NCBI GenBank assembly: GCA_903949285.1
Contig: CAJAYT010000015.1
Span: 15,843 to 79,842 of the forward strand
Direction: 5' to 3'
Source: an uncultured Burkholderiales bacterium
GTDB taxonomy: Bacteria > Pseudomonadota > Gammaproteobacteria > Burkholderiales > Burkholderiaceae_C
DNA: 64,000 nucleotides
Each line of letters opens with the position of its first letter. Within the stretch, counting starts at the first letter, position 1. Of this stretch, positions 9,906 through 22,060 are shown piece by piece. A program made the translations under genes and the position numbers. The notes below the pieces were generated by a model. It worked only from the letters and a program-made list of their open reading frames with translations, was not told the DNA's origin and made no database searches.

Positions 9906-11402
9906 TTAATTGCCTAAAGAGTGCAAAATAGCATCCGAGCAAAGACTCATTAAACCTTGCGGCAACAGCCCAAGGATCAAAACAACACCGGCATTGAGGC
10001 TGAGCACCAAGCGGACATCCAGTGTTGCCGTCACTGCAGAGGCAGTTATAGGGGCATCAAAGTACATGACTTTAATGACTCGCAGGTAATAAAAGGCACC
10101 GATCAACGACATCGCTACCGCAAAAATAGCAATGCCGATTCCACCAGGCAAACCAGAGGCAATAAGAGACTGCAACACGGAGAGCTTTGCATAAAAACCA
10201 ACCAAAGGCGGAACACCTGCAAGGGAGAACAGACAGATAGTCATAACGCCTGCATAAAGTGGACTACGTTCATTGAGTCCTGCCAAATCAGCGATTTCCT
10301 CACTCTCAAAACCCTCGCGTGAGAGGAGCATGATCACCCCGAACGTTGCAAGTGTCGTTAAGACGTAAGTGGTGATGTAAAACATCGAGGAGCTATACGC
10401 GTTGGCAGCACCTGCAGTGTTGCTCTCGACCACGCCACTAAAAATACCAATCAACATAAACCCCATATGAGAGATTGTCGAATAGGCAAGCATCCTCTTT
10501 AAATTGGTTTGCATGATCGCGGCAAAGTTACCAACCAACAGTGAACAAATACTTAACACCATCAACATTTGTTGCCACTCAAGCGCAAGTGGCATCAAAC
10601 CATCTACTAATAAACGGATAGCTATTGCAAATGCTGCTAACTTGGGAGCTCCTGCAATCAAAAGGGTAACACTCGTGGGGGCTCCTTGGTAAACATCTGG
10701 TACCCACATGTGAAAGGGAACTGCACCGAGCTTGAAAGCCAGGCCGCAAACGACAAACACAACCCCAAGGACCAAAACCTGGTGCTTGATCTGCCCTGTC
10801 ATAATTGCTTTGAAGACATTGGTAATATCAAGTGAGCCGGTTGCGCCGTATAGCATGGACATACCGTAAAGCAAGAAACCACTGGCCATAGCACCAAGTA
10901 CAAAGTACTTGATTGCGGCCTCAGTCGCAATCCCGTTATCGCGCCTCAAAGCGACGAGCGCGTAAGAGGCGAGCGTTGTAAGCTCAAGTCCCAAATAAAT
11001 CAAGAGAAAGTTATTACTCGAGATCATCACGAACATTCCCAGCATCGCAAATAAACTTAAGATAAAGAATTCGCCCCCTCTTAGCATTCCGCGATCAGCG
11101 CAGTAAGGCCTACCGTAGACAAAGGTTGCCATCATCGCAATACTTGCGAAACATTTAAGCCAATTACCCAACGGATCAAACACCACCATGTTATTAAATC
11201 CGAATACGACTTCCGTACTTTGAGCGTTAAAGGCTGCAATGACTGCAACAGCGCCCAGTGTCATTAAAGACAAGACATAGGTTAAGGTGCGAGTAGGACT
11301 CTTTAGTGAATCGATACTCAGATCGGCCAGCGATATAAAACAAGCCATTATGAGCAACAAGATCTCTGGGTAAATTAAAGCCCAGTTAAAGGATTCAGTC
11401 AT
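9906..11402 (-). CDS. nuoN: NADH-quinone oxidoreductase subunit N
   Basis: EAAIKYFVLG, FKLGAVPFHMWVPDVYQGAP and LKRMLAYSTISH; last gene of the nuo operon. Confidence 0.97.
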   Translation of the reverse strand: MTESFNWALIYPEILLLIMACFISLADLSIDSLKSPTRTLTYVLSLMTLGAVAVIAAFNAQSTEVVFGFNNMVVFDPLGNWLKCFASIAMMATFVYGRPYCADRGMLRGGEFFILSLFAMLGMFVMISSNNFLLIYLGLELTTLASYALVALRRDNGIATEAAIKYFVLGAMASGFLLYGMSMLYGATGSLDITNVFKAIMTGQIKHQVLVLGVVFVVCGLAFKLGAVPFHMWVPDVYQGAPTSVTLLIAGAPKLAAFAIAIRLLVDGLMPLALEWQQMLMVLSICSLLVGNFAAIMQTNLKRMLAYSTISHMGFMLIGIFSGVVESNTAGAANAYSSSMFYITTYVLTTLATFGVIMLLSREGFESEEIADLAGLNERSPLYAGVMTICLFSLAGVPPLVGFYAKLSVLQSLIASGLPGGIGIAIFAVAMSLIGAFYYLRVIKVMYFDAPITASAVTATLDVRLVLSLNAGVVLILGLLPQGLMSLCSDAILHSLGN

Positions 11403-11451
11403 TTTGTATCATCCGCATTAGGGTAGCTGGTGTCTGTTGTCTTTAGGGGTA

Positions 11452-12933
11452 TTAAAGATTGGGGACTTTGGAGTGTGAAACTTGCTCAAGCAGGTTGGCC
11501 ACGGACGGACCCATCACGTCTGTCAAAGGTTTGGGATCAATACCCATCACGAGGACTGATATTGCAAGGAGTGCTAGCACCAAAAACTCTCTCGAGTTGA
11601 TATCTTTTAAGCTACGCACATCATCATTTGCGATGGGACCAAAATAAACACGCTTAACCATCCAAAGTGAATAAGCTGCGCCCAAAATGAGAGCCGTTGC
11701 GGCCAATAGGCCCAGTACAAAATTAAATTTGACAGTTGCAAGTATCACCATCCACTCGCCCACAAAACCAGCAGTTCCTGGCAAACCACTGTTGGCCATG
11801 GCAAATAAAACTGCAAAGGCTACGAATTTAGGTGCTGTATTGGCAACGCCTCCGTAGCTTGATATTTGTCTGGAATGCACTCTGTCGTACAACACTCCAA
11901 TACACAAGAACATGGCAGCTGAGACGAAACCATGAGCCACCATTTGCACTATGCCTCCGCTCATTCCTAGGTCATTAAAGATAAAGAAACCTAAGGTGAC
12001 AAAGCCCATATGAGCAACAGATGAATAGGCAACCAGCTTTTTCATGTCTTGTTGGACAATTGCAACCAACCCAACATAAACCACAGCGGTAATGGACAAA
12101 GCAATCATGAGCCAAGCCCATTGATGTGAGGCGTCTGGCAAGATCGGTAGCGAAAAGCGCAAGAACCCGTACGCGCCAAGCTTCAACATGATGGCGGCCA
12201 ACACGGCTGAGCCCCCTGTCGGCGCCTCAACGTGAACGTCGGGCAACCAAGTATGAACGGGCCACATCGGGACCTTCACTGCGAAGGCAGCAAAGAAAGC
12301 AAAAAATAGCATCGTCTGAACAAACCCACTCAGTGGTAATTTGTACCACTCTTGGAGATCAAAACTGCCGCCCGAGCTACTGTAAAGATAGATCAACGCA
12401 ATCAGCATCAACAACGAGCCAAGGAGCGTGTACAAGAAGAACTTGAAGGCAGCGTAAATCTTATTGGGTCCACCCCAAACACCAATAATCAGATACATCG
12501 GTATGAGCGTTGCTTCAAAGAAAACATAAAACAGCATACCGTCGAGTGCACAAAAAACACCCGTCATGACACCGCTGAGCACCAAGAATGCACCCATGTA
12601 CTGATTAACACGCTCTGTGATCACTTCCCAACCTGCAATCACCACAATCACGGTGATAAATGCAGTCAGCACGACAAACGCAACAGAGATACCGTCTACA
12701 CCCAAGTGGTAAAAAACATTAAAACGCTCGATCCAGGAAATGTTTTCTACAAGCTGCATGTCGGCCGTACCCAACACAAAGCGGTTGAGTACTGCAAGGG
12801 ATGCTCCCAAACTAAAAAGTGAGCCTAAGAGAGCCATCCAACGAACAGAGTTAGCGTGCGCGTCCCGCCCGAGCACCAACAGCAGTACCCCAAAGCATAT
12901 TGGCGCCCAAATACAAAGGCTCAACAATCCCAT
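11452..12933 (-). CDS. nuoM: NADH-quinone oxidoreductase subunit M
   Basis: FYVFFEATLIPM, KVPMWPVHTWLPDVHVEAPT, LKLGAYG and KKLVAYSSVAHMG. Confidence 0.97.
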   Translation of the reverse strand: MGLLSLCIWAPICFGVLLLVLGRDAHANSVRWMALLGSLFSLGASLAVLNRFVLGTADMQLVENISWIERFNVFYHLGVDGISVAFVVLTAFITVIVVIAGWEVITERVNQYMGAFLVLSGVMTGVFCALDGMLFYVFFEATLIPMYLIIGVWGGPNKIYAAFKFFLYTLLGSLLMLIALIYLYSSSGGSFDLQEWYKLPLSGFVQTMLFFAFFAAFAVKVPMWPVHTWLPDVHVEAPTGGSAVLAAIMLKLGAYGFLRFSLPILPDASHQWAWLMIALSITAVVYVGLVAIVQQDMKKLVAYSSVAHMGFVTLGFFIFNDLGMSGGIVQMVAHGFVSAAMFLCIGVLYDRVHSRQISSYGGVANTAPKFVAFAVLFAMANSGLPGTAGFVGEWMVILATVKFNFVLGLLAATALILGAAYSLWMVKRVYFGPIANDDVRSLKDINSREFLVLALLAISVLVMGIDPKPLTDVMGPSVANLLEQVSHSKVPNL

Positions 12934-13031
12934 AATGCGCTCGCAATCAACTGGTTTAAATATCTAACTGAATTATTCAACACTGAATACATACTCTTAA
13001 AACACTTCTTATTCAATCTGGCTTTGAGAGC

Positions 13032-15059
13032 CTACACCTTTAACCACAAGAACCAAGACATCAACAAAAAGACGCCGAAGATCATGGACAAAGCATAGTG
13101 AAACAAAAAGCCTGACTGAAATTTTCTAATGACCGCTGCACAAGCACCGACTAATTTCCAAGAACCATTAACAATGAAGCCGTCAATCACATTTTGATCT
13201 CCACCCTTCCAAAGCCCGGTTCCAAGCGCACGAGTTGCTCGGGCTATGACATTTTCGTTGAACCAGTCCATGTAATATTTATTGTCAAGGAGGGTGTACA
13301 AAGGCTGAGCAATGCGCTTTATGGCCGCGGGCAGTGCTGGATTGATCATGTACATGTAGTAAGACAAAACAACCCCAAATAGCGCCAATCCAAAAGGCAA
13401 CGATGTGAATGCTTCTTTGGCCATCTCAACAGGACCTACAAAAGCTTCTGTTAGCTCTTTCATAGCTGGATGAGCCATTGCGTTGATCACTATGGAGTCG
13501 CCAAAGAAATCGCCAAAGAGCATTGGACCTATCGCAATGAAGCCCAGACCCACAGAGGGGATCGCCAACAAAATAAGCGGCAAAGTCACAACCCAAGGTG
13601 ACTCGTGGGGGCTGTGGTGGTCGTGATGGTCATGGTCTGCACTAGCCGCGTGATCGTGATGGGCATCAGGATTTTGATCGTAACGCTCCTCGCCGTGAAA
13701 GACCAAGAAATACATTCTGAATGAGTAAAAGGCGGTCACAAAAACACCTGCCAATACTGCGAAATAAGCAAATCCAGCCCCGTACAAGTGACTCTCGCCT
13801 ACCGCCTCAATGATGCTGTCTTTTGAATAAAAGCCCGAAAAGAAAGGGGTGCCGATAAGTGCCAATGATCCTATTAAGGAGGTAATCCAAGTGATTGGCA
13901 TGTACTTTCTAACGCCTCCCATCCAACGAATATCTTGGTTATGGTGCATGCCCATAATGACCGAGCCTGCTCCGAGGAATAAAAGAGCTTTAAAGAAAGC
14001 GTGTGTCAGCAAGTGAAATACAGCGACCGAATAAGCCGATACACCCAGCGCCACAGTCATATACCCTAGCTGCGATAGAGTTGAATATGCCACAACGCGC
14101 TTGATATCGTTTTGAATAATACCCAAAAAGCCCATAAATAAAGCCGTGATTGAACCAACAATCAGCACCACGCTCAATGCAGTATCGGAGCACTCAAAGA
14201 GGGGGGACATGCGGGCCACCATAAAAATACCTGCAGTAACCATGGTCGCTGCGTGGATCAAAGCTGAAATTGGTGTTGGGCCCTCCATGGAGTCTGGCAA
14301 CCAAACGTGAAGTGGGAATTGAGCACTCTTACCCATCGCCCCGATGAAAAGACAGATACAAATGACAGTGATCAAGGACCACTCAGTCCCAGGCAATAAG
14401 AGCGCAGTTAGCGCATGGGTCTTTTGAAAAATTTCTGAATAATCAAGTGTGCCCGTAAAGGCTGCAATCAATCCAATACCCAAGATGAAACCAAAGTCAC
14501 CAACCCTATTGACCAAGAAAGCCTTCATATTGGCAAACACTGCAGTAGGACGGGTGAACCAAAAGCCAATCAATAGATAAGAAACTAAACCAACCGCTTC
14601 CCAACCGAAAAAGAGTTGCAACAGGTTATTACTCATCACCAACATTAACATGGAGAATGTGAACAAAGAGATGTACGAGAAAAAGCGGTTATAGCCCTCA
14701 TCCTCTTCCATGTAGCCAATGGTATAGATATGAACCATCAAAGAAACAAACGTTACGACACACATCATCATGCTGGTCAAAGAGTCGATTAAGAATCCGA
14801 CCTGCATATTCAAAGACCCCACCACCATCCACGTATAAAGCGTCTCGTTCAAGTGAGCACCATCCGCTACTACTGAATACAGTGTCATTGCGGATACGAC
14901 AAAGGAGATGAATACACCCAAAATAGTAATACTGTGGACAGCTCTCCTACCAAGGTGGTTGCCGCCCAATTGGGTGCCAAATATCCCTGCCAACACGGCT
15001 CCCACGAGTGGTGCCATGGGGACCAGCAGCAGGGTTGAGACTTGAAGTGATTGGCTCAT
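13032..15059 (-). CDS. nuoL: NADH-quinone oxidoreductase subunit L
   Basis: GWEAVGLVSYLLIGFW, GKSAQFPLHVWLPDSMEGPTP and HAFFKALLFL. Confidence 0.97.
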   Translation of the reverse strand: MSQSLQVSTLLLVPMAPLVGAVLAGIFGTQLGGNHLGRRAVHSITILGVFISFVVSAMTLYSVVADGAHLNETLYTWMVVGSLNMQVGFLIDSLTSMMMCVVTFVSLMVHIYTIGYMEEDEGYNRFFSYISLFTFSMLMLVMSNNLLQLFFGWEAVGLVSYLLIGFWFTRPTAVFANMKAFLVNRVGDFGFILGIGLIAAFTGTLDYSEIFQKTHALTALLLPGTEWSLITVICICLFIGAMGKSAQFPLHVWLPDSMEGPTPISALIHAATMVTAGIFMVARMSPLFECSDTALSVVLIVGSITALFMGFLGIIQNDIKRVVAYSTLSQLGYMTVALGVSAYSVAVFHLLTHAFFKALLFLGAGSVIMGMHHNQDIRWMGGVRKYMPITWITSLIGSLALIGTPFFSGFYSKDSIIEAVGESHLYGAGFAYFAVLAGVFVTAFYSFRMYFLVFHGEERYDQNPDAHHDHAASADHDHHDHHSPHESPWVVTLPLILLAIPSVGLGFIAIGPMLFGDFFGDSIVINAMAHPAMKELTEAFVGPVEMAKEAFTSLPFGLALFGVVLSYYMYMINPALPAAIKRIAQPLYTLLDNKYYMDWFNENVIARATRALGTGLWKGGDQNVIDGFIVNGSWKLVGACAAVIRKFQSGFLFHYALSMIFGVFLLMSWFLWLKV

Positions 15060-15145
15060 ATGAAGATCAATGCTATGTAATCAATGTGAATAGGGGGTAG
15101 TGAAATGCTTTGGCTGTGATAATGTTTTGCTCTGCGCGCTGTACA

Positions 15146-15454
15146 TCAGCCCTTTAAAGTGTTGAGTGCATCAATACTAATATTGGACCTGTTTCTAAAT
15201 AACAGCACCAAAATAGCCAAACCAATCGCGGACTCTGCAGCGGCAACGGTCAAAATGAAGAACACAAAAAGTTGCCCTTGCATGTCACCCAAATAATGTG
15301 AAAACGCAACAAAATTCATATTCACTGACAGCAACTCGAGTTCGATAGCCATCAAAATTACAATTAAGTTTTTTCGGTTTAAGAAAATACCAACAATCGA
15401 TAACGCAAAAAGCATTGAACCAAGCGTTAAATAGTGTGCCAAAGTTACATTCAT
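15146..15454 (-). CDS. nuoK: NADH-quinone oxidoreductase subunit K
   Basis: [13 protein letters not shown] and [12 protein letters not shown]; operon position. Confidence 0.97.
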   Translation of the reverse strand: MNVTLAHYLTLGSMLFALSIVGIFLNRKNLIVILMAIELELLSVNMNFVAFSHYLGDMQGQLFVFFILTVAAAESAIGLAILVLLFRNRSNISIDALNTLKG

Positions 15455-16149
15455 GATTTAGGTTTCTCCGCTACTGCCCCACCCTCAGCGACGCCTGCCT
15501 GGACGGGAAGGCTAGGCTCATCTATAACAGCTGCCATCTTCACGATCTTCAAACGGTCTGAAGCCTTAACTTTAATTTGCTCACCAGGATCTTGGTATTT
15601 GCTGTCTTTCCTGGAGCGAAGCGTTAAAGCAATTGCAGCAACAATAGCGACCAGCAAAATAACAGCAGCTATTTCGACAGGAAATAAATAGTTGCTGTAA
15701 AGCAATATTCCTAGCGCCTTGGTATTGCTCAAATTACCAAGACTCTCTATGCCTTGGGGTGTAGGTAGTCCCTCAGGAAGGGCCATGGGGCGAGCAACAC
15801 CAATTCTAAATCCGCCCATCAATACACCAGCAAGCTCTAGTGAAACTACAGCGCCTAGAGTCGCTGCCAAGGGGAAATGCTTCCAAAATCCGACTCGAAT
15901 CGCATCAACACTGACATCCAACATCATCACGACAAATAGAAACAAAACCATGACAGCGCCAACGTATACCAATACCAGGGTAATGGATAAAAACTCTGCA
16001 TCCAACAGCATCCAAAGTCCTGAGGCTTGGAAAAACGCAAGCACCAAAAACAGCGATGCATGAACTGTATTGCGAACAGTAATGACGCGAAATGCCGAAA
16101 ATAGCAGTACGCTTGCAAATATGTAAAAGAGGGCTGAGCGAATGTCCAT
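15451..16149 (-). CDS. nuoJ: NADH-quinone oxidoreductase subunit J
   Basis: [18 protein letters not shown]; 4-nt overlap with nuoK. Confidence 0.96.
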   Translation of the reverse strand: MDIRSALFYIFASVLLFSAFRVITVRNTVHASLFLVLAFFQASGLWMLLDAEFLSITLVLVYVGAVMVLFLFVVMMLDVSVDAIRVGFWKHFPLAATLGAVVSLELAGVLMGGFRIGVARPMALPEGLPTPQGIESLGNLSNTKALGILLYSNYLFPVEIAAVILLVAIVAAIALTLRSRKDSKYQDPGEQIKVKASDRLKIVKMAAVIDEPSLPVQAGVAEGGAVAEKPKS

Positions 16150-16181
16150 GTTTTGACTTTTTTCTTTTTTTTAATCAGCGT

Positions 16182-16745
16182 TTATCTGTAAGCTGCATCT
16201 GCTGCTTTGTTGGCAGCAATTTGTTTTTCGTAACGGTCACCCACTGCTAACAGCATATCTTTGGTGAAATACAAATCACCACGCTTTTCACCGTGGTATT
16301 CGAAAATATGCGTCTCAACAATGGAGTCTACGGGGCAACTTTCCTCGCAAAATCCACAAAAAATACATTTGGTTAAATCAATGTCGTAACGACTTGTTCT
16401 GCGTGAGCCGTCCTCTCGCACATCAGACTCAATAGTGATTGCTAAGGCCGGACAAACTGCCTCACACAATTTACAAGCGATACAACGCTCTTCTCCGTTT
16501 TCATACCGACGCAGCGCATGCAGACCTCTAAAACGGGGACTTTGAGGCGTGCGCTCCTCAGGGAATTGAACCGTCACCTTTCGAGCAAACATGTATTTAC
16601 CCGTCAAGGCCATTCCCTTGAACAGCTCAACCAGTAAGAAGCTAGATAAAAAGTCTTTCCAAGAAAACACACTCTCGCTGCCTTCAAGGGGAAAGCGATT
16701 TGGTGCTGCGTGCAAACTTGCACTGGGATTGGACATAGTTGTCAT
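16182..16745 (-). CDS. nuoI: NADH-quinone oxidoreductase subunit I
   Basis: Two 4Fe-4S motifs, [12 protein letters not shown] and [12 protein letters not shown]. Confidence 0.97.
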   Translation of the reverse strand: MTTMSNPSASLHAAPNRFPLEGSESVFSWKDFLSSFLLVELFKGMALTGKYMFARKVTVQFPEERTPQSPRFRGLHALRRYENGEERCIACKLCEAVCPALAITIESDVREDGSRRTSRYDIDLTKCIFCGFCEESCPVDSIVETHIFEYHGEKRGDLYFTKDMLLAVGDRYEKQIAANKAADAAYR

Positions 16746-16758
16746 TAATTATTTCCCA

Positions 16759-17841
16759 TTATTTCCAGATATTCCAAGGACTCACAATCCACAATCCCAC
16801 CACAATGAGCCAAATCAAGGTTATGGGAATAAAAATCTTCCATCCCAAGCGCATAATTTGGTCGTAGCGATAACGAGGGAACGTAGCTCTCACCCATAAA
16901 AACATCGTGACCATTACAAAAGTCTTAATAAAGAGCCAAACCCCGCCAGGAACTGCGTTGAAGACTTCGTTATCAAAGGGTGGCAACCAACCACCCAAGA
17001 ACATAACAACACTGGTGATAGCGATCAAAATCATATTGGCATATTCAGCCAAAAAGAACATCGCAAATGACATTCCTGAATACTCAATCATGTGGCCCGC
17101 CACAATTTCAGACTCCCCCTCAACCACGTCAAAGGGGTGGCGATTGGTCTCAGCGAGTCCAGCGATAAAGTAAACCACAAAAATAGGTAGCAACGGCAAC
17201 CAGTTCCAAGAGAGGAAGTTGACTCCCATACTGGCAAACGTGCCTCTATTTTGAGCCAACACAATTTGAGCCATATTCAAGGTGCCGGAGACCATGAGAA
17301 TGATGACCAAACAAAAGCCCATCGCTATTTCATAACTCACCATTTGCGCTGATGCACGCATCGCACCTAAGAAAGCGTATTTAGAATTTGAGGACCATCC
17401 AGCAATGATGACACCATAAACTTCTAGGGAAGTAATCGCCATCAAAAAGAGTAAGCCCGCATTGATATTGGACAGCACTACTTCTGGCCCAAATGGGATA
17501 ACCGCCCACGCCGCAAGGGCAGGCATGATGGTCATAACAGGTCCGATGAAGAATAGTTTGTTATCGGCCTTGGTAGGAAGGATGATCTCCTTCGTGAGTA
17601 ACTTCAAAGCATCCGCAATCGGTTGCAACAAACCCAGTGGGCCCGTACGGTTAGGGCCGACGCGGATTTGTGTAAATCCAATAGCCTTACGCTCCCAAAG
17701 CGTCAGGTAGGCAACGCCGAGAAGCAAAGGAATGAGAACGGCTACGATTTTGATAAGAGCCCATATTACAGGCCAAATCACCGTGGTCCAAAGAGCGTAA
17801 TTGGATACGTTAAGACCTGAAAGATAGAGAGTGTCAAACAT
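16759..17841 (-). CDS. nuoH: NADH-quinone oxidoreductase subunit H
   Basis: [26 protein letters not shown] and RYRYDQ. Start moved to ATG 17841, overlapping the nuoG stop. Confidence 0.96.
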   Translation of the reverse strand: MFDTLYLSGLNVSNYALWTTVIWPVIWALIKIVAVLIPLLLGVAYLTLWERKAIGFTQIRVGPNRTGPLGLLQPIADALKLLTKEIILPTKADNKLFFIGPVMTIMPALAAWAVIPFGPEVVLSNINAGLLFLMAITSLEVYGVIIAGWSSNSKYAFLGAMRASAQMVSYEIAMGFCLVIILMVSGTLNMAQIVLAQNRGTFASMGVNFLSWNWLPLLPIFVVYFIAGLAETNRHPFDVVEGESEIVAGHMIEYSGMSFAMFFLAEYANMILIAITSVVMFLGGWLPPFDNEVFNAVPGGVWLFIKTFVMVTMFLWVRATFPRYRYDQIMRLGWKIFIPITLIWLIVVGLWIVSPWNIWK

Positions 17842-20131
17842 GTGCATTGACCTCTTTGAGGGTGTGACTTGGAGTAACGGCGTGTCCAGAATGATGCGCC
17901 GAGTGATCATGATGGCTTGAGGCCTGATTGTTTATTGCGGCGTAGGCCTGGGCGCGGGGATCTAACTGTGCATCAATTGTGTGCTGCAAAGCGTGCGATC
18001 TTCTGACCAAAGAATCTAGCCCATAAATACCAACGCTTAACTCTTCTTCAGTGATACTCTGAAATGGGTTGAGGTCAATACTTGAGAGATTCTTGATACT
18101 CGCGTTGCTTAAGTGTGAGGCTATGTCCTTGGGTAATGCATCAGCCCTCAACTCCTCAATCGTTTCATACTCAAACCCGCTCAGCCCCAATACATTAGCC
18201 AACACACGCAGGACTTTCCAGGCTGGTCGTGTGTCTGCTAAAGGTCTAACCACTGCGTGAAAGCTCTGTGCTAAGCCCTGTGCGTTCACAAATGTACCAG
18301 GCGTCTCAGTAAACGGAGCAATAGGAAGCAGCACATCACTGAACTCCATATTGGCTTTGAACGCGTTCATCGAGATGACCATGTCTTTTTTGGCCAAATG
18401 CGCTGTTGTTTTTGCTCCATCTGCGCAGTCAAATACCGGTTCATTGCCGAGAATAAACAATGCTTTGACTTTGTCAGATTCAATCATAGAACGCGTATTC
18501 AAACCAGACGCGGTTGGTACTGCCCCAACCAGTTGAGCGCCAACTGTGTTGGCTGCTTCTGATAAAAATCCGACCGAAGCACCAGTTTGTTCACCAATCC
18601 AATTAGCCAGGGCCAACAAACTTGAGGCCTGCGGATGGTGCGCGCAGGCATTCCCAAGCAGAACCGCCTTTTGATCGCCGCCCAACAACGACTCAGCGAT
18701 GTGAGTCGCCTGAATCAATGCTTGGGGATTGATACCCAATAGCTCGTTCATCACCGCATTGGAACTCAATACTGCGACTGGGGACTGAACTCCTTTAGCC
18801 TTAGCAACGCTCTCCGCGATCAAACCAAGCGCAGAAACCCAAGTGGAAGCCAAAGCATTAAAACTATTCTTTAAAGGCATTGCCCAATCTTGTTGGTGGG
18901 CATTAAGCGTATTCACCTGAGCGCCGCGTCTTGTCGCTTGACGAATTCGCAGCGCAAGTAATGGGTGGTCTTTTCGCAAATTAGATCCAACGACCAATAC
19001 GCGCTGTAGCTGAGATAAGGACTCAATGGAGCGTCCCAACCAATGCGCTTGAGGCGTAGAGGATCGGTCTTTATCAGAACTGAAATCGCGTTGCCTGAGC
19101 CTTGAATCAATATTCTCAGACCCAAGCGCTCGGATGAGCTTGCCGCTCAGATACAGCTCTTCTAAAGTACTGTGTGGGCTAGCCAGTAAACCGATGCTTT
19201 GCTGACCATGATCTTTTTGGATGTGTTTAATGCCGTGAGCGATGTACTCAAGCGCAGTTTGCCAGTCGACTGAGCGCCATACATTGTCTTGCTTGATCAT
19301 TGGCGTAGTTAACCGCTGATCACTACTCAATGCCTCATAGGAAAAACGGTCTCTATCTGCTATCCAGCACTCATTGATCGCCTCGTTTTCCAGGGGAACA
19401 ACACGCAGTACTTGGTTGTTCTTGACCTGGGCGATTAAATTAGCACCCGTAGAGTCGTGGGGGCTGATCGTTTTACGCCTAGATAACTCCCAGGTACGCG
19501 CTTGATATCTGAAAGGCTTGCTGGTCAAAGCGCCAACGGGGCAAACATCAATCATGTTGCCAGAGAGTTCTGAGTCAACCGTTTGCCCTACAAACGCTTC
19601 AATCTCAGCGTGCTCGCCGCGGTGAGACATGCCGAGCTCCATTTGACCCGCAATTTCTTGACCGAACCGCACACAACGTGTGCAGTGAATACAGCGACTC
19701 ATCTCCTGCATGCTGATCAGGGGGCCGATGTCTTTATGAAATACAACACGTTTTTCTTCCTCGTATCGAGAGGAGCTACCACCATATCCAACGGCCAAGT
19801 CTTGGAGTTGGCACTCTCCGCCTTGGTCGCAAATCGGACAATCTAGTGGATGGTTGATCAGCAAAAACTCCATCACAGACTTTTGTGCTTTGGTGGCTTT
19901 TTCGCTTTTGGTTCTAACGATCATGCCCTGTGTGACTGGTGTGGCGCATGCAGGCATTGCCTTGGGGGCTTTCTCCACGTCGACCAAACACATCCGGCAG
20001 TTGGCCGCAATGGAGAGTTTTTTGTGATAGCAAAAGTGAGGAATGTAAGTGCCCAGTTTTTCAGCGGCATGCATAACCATGCTGCCCTCTAGGACCTCTA
20101 CTTTTTTGCCGTCGATCTCTAATTCAACCAT
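17834..20131 (-). CDS. nuoG: NADH-quinone oxidoreductase subunit G, with a His-rich C-terminal tail
   Basis: [33 protein letters not shown] and [11 protein letters not shown]. Confidence 0.97.
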   Translation of the reverse strand: MVELEIDGKKVEVLEGSMVMHAAEKLGTYIPHFCYHKKLSIAANCRMCLVDVEKAPKAMPACATPVTQGMIVRTKSEKATKAQKSVMEFLLINHPLDCPICDQGGECQLQDLAVGYGGSSSRYEEEKRVVFHKDIGPLISMQEMSRCIHCTRCVRFGQEIAGQMELGMSHRGEHAEIEAFVGQTVDSELSGNMIDVCPVGALTSKPFRYQARTWELSRRKTISPHDSTGANLIAQVKNNQVLRVVPLENEAINECWIADRDRFSYEALSSDQRLTTPMIKQDNVWRSVDWQTALEYIAHGIKHIQKDHGQQSIGLLASPHSTLEELYLSGKLIRALGSENIDSRLRQRDFSSDKDRSSTPQAHWLGRSIESLSQLQRVLVVGSNLRKDHPLLALRIRQATRRGAQVNTLNAHQQDWAMPLKNSFNALASTWVSALGLIAESVAKAKGVQSPVAVLSSNAVMNELLGINPQALIQATHIAESLLGGDQKAVLLGNACAHHPQASSLLALANWIGEQTGASVGFLSEAANTVGAQLVGAVPTASGLNTRSMIESDKVKALFILGNEPVFDCADGAKTTAHLAKKDMVISMNAFKANMEFSDVLLPIAPFTETPGTFVNAQGLAQSFHAVVRPLADTRPAWKVLRVLANVLGLSGFEYETIEELRADALPKDIASHLSNASIKNLSSIDLNPFQSITEEELSVGIYGLDSLVRRSHALQHTIDAQLDPRAQAYAAINNQASSHHDHSAHHSGHAVTPSHTLKEVNAHV

Positions 20132-20147
20132 ATGTGCTAATCCCTGA

Positions 20148-21506
20148 TCAAACTGTCGCCGAGACCAAGCAGGTCTTGTGCGTGATGTGATGTTCGAACT
20201 CGTGACGGAAATGCTTGATCATGCCGCGTACGGGCATGGCTGCAGCGTCTCCAAGTGCACAAATAGTGCGTCCCATAATGTTTTCTGCTACGTTATCCAG
20301 CAAAGCCAGATCGCTTTCACGACCCTCGCCCCGCTCAATTCTGTCCACCACCCTCCAAAGCCAACCCGTACCCTCTCTGCAAGGCGTACATTGTCCGCAA
20401 GACTCATGCATATAAAAGTAAGACAGCCTCAGAAGACTCTTCACCATACATCTAGAGTCATCTAAGACGATCACAGCGCCGGACCCGAGCATGGATCCCG
20501 CCTTTGCAATGCTGTCGTAATCCATGGTCACATCATTCATGATGGAAGCAGGCAATACAGGGGCTGAGGATCCGCCAGGGATCACCGCCTTTAAGGTACG
20601 ACCCGCTTTAACACCCCCTGCAAGCTCTAGCAATACTGGGAAAGGCGTGCCCATGGGTACTTCGTAGTTTCCTGGACGCTCAACATCGCCACTGACTGAG
20701 AAGATCTTGGTGCCACCGTTATTGGGTTTGCCGCATTCCAAGTAAGCTTGCCCGCCGTTTCTGATGATCCACGGCACCGCAGCAAACGTCTCGGTATTGT
20801 TAATCGTTGTGGGCTTGCCGTACAAGCCGTAACTTGCGGGAAACGGTGGCTTGAACCTAGGTTGCCCTTTCTTTCCTTCTAAGGACTCAAGCAGCGCTGT
20901 CTCCTCGCCGCAAATATAAGCTCCAAAACCATGGGCAGCGTGCAACTGAAAGCTAAAACTACTTCCCATGATGTTGTCGCCCAACAGGCCCGCCGCTCTT
21001 GCTTGATCTAGTGCTTCTTCGAAACGCTCATAAGTTTGGAAAATTTCGCCGTGAATATAGTTATACCCGACTGAAATCCCCATTGCATAAGCTGCAATAG
21101 CCATGCCCTCAATCACCGAGTGGGGATTGAACTGCATGATGTCTCTGTCCTTGCATGTTCCAGGCTCGCCTTCGTCCGAATTACAAACCAAGTACTTTTG
21201 GCCAGGGAACTGGCGCGGCATGAAACTCCACTTAAGTCCAGTAGGAAAGCCGGCTCCACCACGCCCCCTGAGTCCAGACTCTTTAACGGTTGCGATTACT
21301 TGATCCTGGGTTAAGCCTTCACCCCCATCTTTACCAAGTATTTTGCGAAGCGCCTGGTATCCACCCCTACTCTCATAGTCTTGCAAGGACCAATTAGATC
21401 CATTCAATCCATCCAAAATCTGGGGCTTAATGTGACGACCATGGAAACAAGTTTGATCACCACTGGCACGAAACCCAGATAGAACCTCGTTCAAATCAAT
21501 GCTCAT
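20148..21506 (-). CDS. nuoF: NADH-quinone oxidoreductase subunit F
   Basis: [32 protein letters not shown] and [10 protein letters not shown]. Confidence 0.97.
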   Translation of the reverse strand: MSIDLNEVLSGFRASGDQTCFHGRHIKPQILDGLNGSNWSLQDYESRGGYQALRKILGKDGGEGLTQDQVIATVKESGLRGRGGAGFPTGLKWSFMPRQFPGQKYLVCNSDEGEPGTCKDRDIMQFNPHSVIEGMAIAAYAMGISVGYNYIHGEIFQTYERFEEALDQARAAGLLGDNIMGSSFSFQLHAAHGFGAYICGEETALLESLEGKKGQPRFKPPFPASYGLYGKPTTINNTETFAAVPWIIRNGGQAYLECGKPNNGGTKIFSVSGDVERPGNYEVPMGTPFPVLLELAGGVKAGRTLKAVIPGGSSAPVLPASIMNDVTMDYDSIAKAGSMLGSGAVIVLDDSRCMVKSLLRLSYFYMHESCGQCTPCREGTGWLWRVVDRIERGEGRESDLALLDNVAENIMGRTICALGDAAAMPVRGMIKHFRHEFEHHITHKTCLVSATV

Positions 21507-22060
21507 GAATGAACTCCATCGTCTTTTAGAGCTCTTAGGCTGTCTATCATTTGATCCATTTTCTCAGTGCTCATGAAGCTGCACATCGTGCGGTCATTGA
21601 CCAGCATCACAGGCGCATCAGCACAAGCACCCATGCACTCACCAGGCTGCAAAGTAAACATACCGTCTTTAGTTGTACCGCCTACTGATACACCCAATTT
21701 TTGACTTAGGTATTCAAGTGCTGTCTGCCCCTGCCTTAACTGGCAGGGCAAATTAGTGCACACATTGATCTTGAACCGCCCCACTGGTGCCAAGTTGTAC
21801 ATGTTGTAGAAGGTACTCACCTCATGCACTGCCATCGGGGGCATCTCTAGATAGTTGGCCAAGTACAGTTCATCACTTGGATTTACATGCCCTTTAATTT
21901 GCTGAACGATGGACAGACATGCCATTACAGCTGATTGCTTTTGATCGCCAGGGTATTTAGCAACTTCTTTAGCAAATCGAGCAACAACATCGGCAGCAAA
22001 TTCACTAGCCTTAGGCTCAAGCGCGTGCGCGTCTACATTATTCATTTGAGTTGTACTCAT
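21503..22060 (-). CDS. nuoE: NADH-quinone oxidoreductase subunit E
   Basis: VCTNLPC and ECMGAC 2Fe-2S motifs. Confidence 0.96.
   Translation of the reverse strand: MSTTQMNNVDAHALEPKASEFAADVVARFAKEVAKYPGDQKQSAVMACLSIVQQIKGHVNPSDELYLANYLEMPPMAVHEVSTFYNMYNLAPVGRFKINVCTNLPCQLRQGQTALEYLSQKLGVSVGGTTKDGMFTLQPGECMGACADAPVMLVNDRTMCSFMSTEKMDQMIDSLRALKDDGVHS

Noticed and set aside
13600-13680. His-rich loop in NuoL as a novelty
   Set aside because: A His-rich loop at this position is common in proteobacterial NuoL as I recall.
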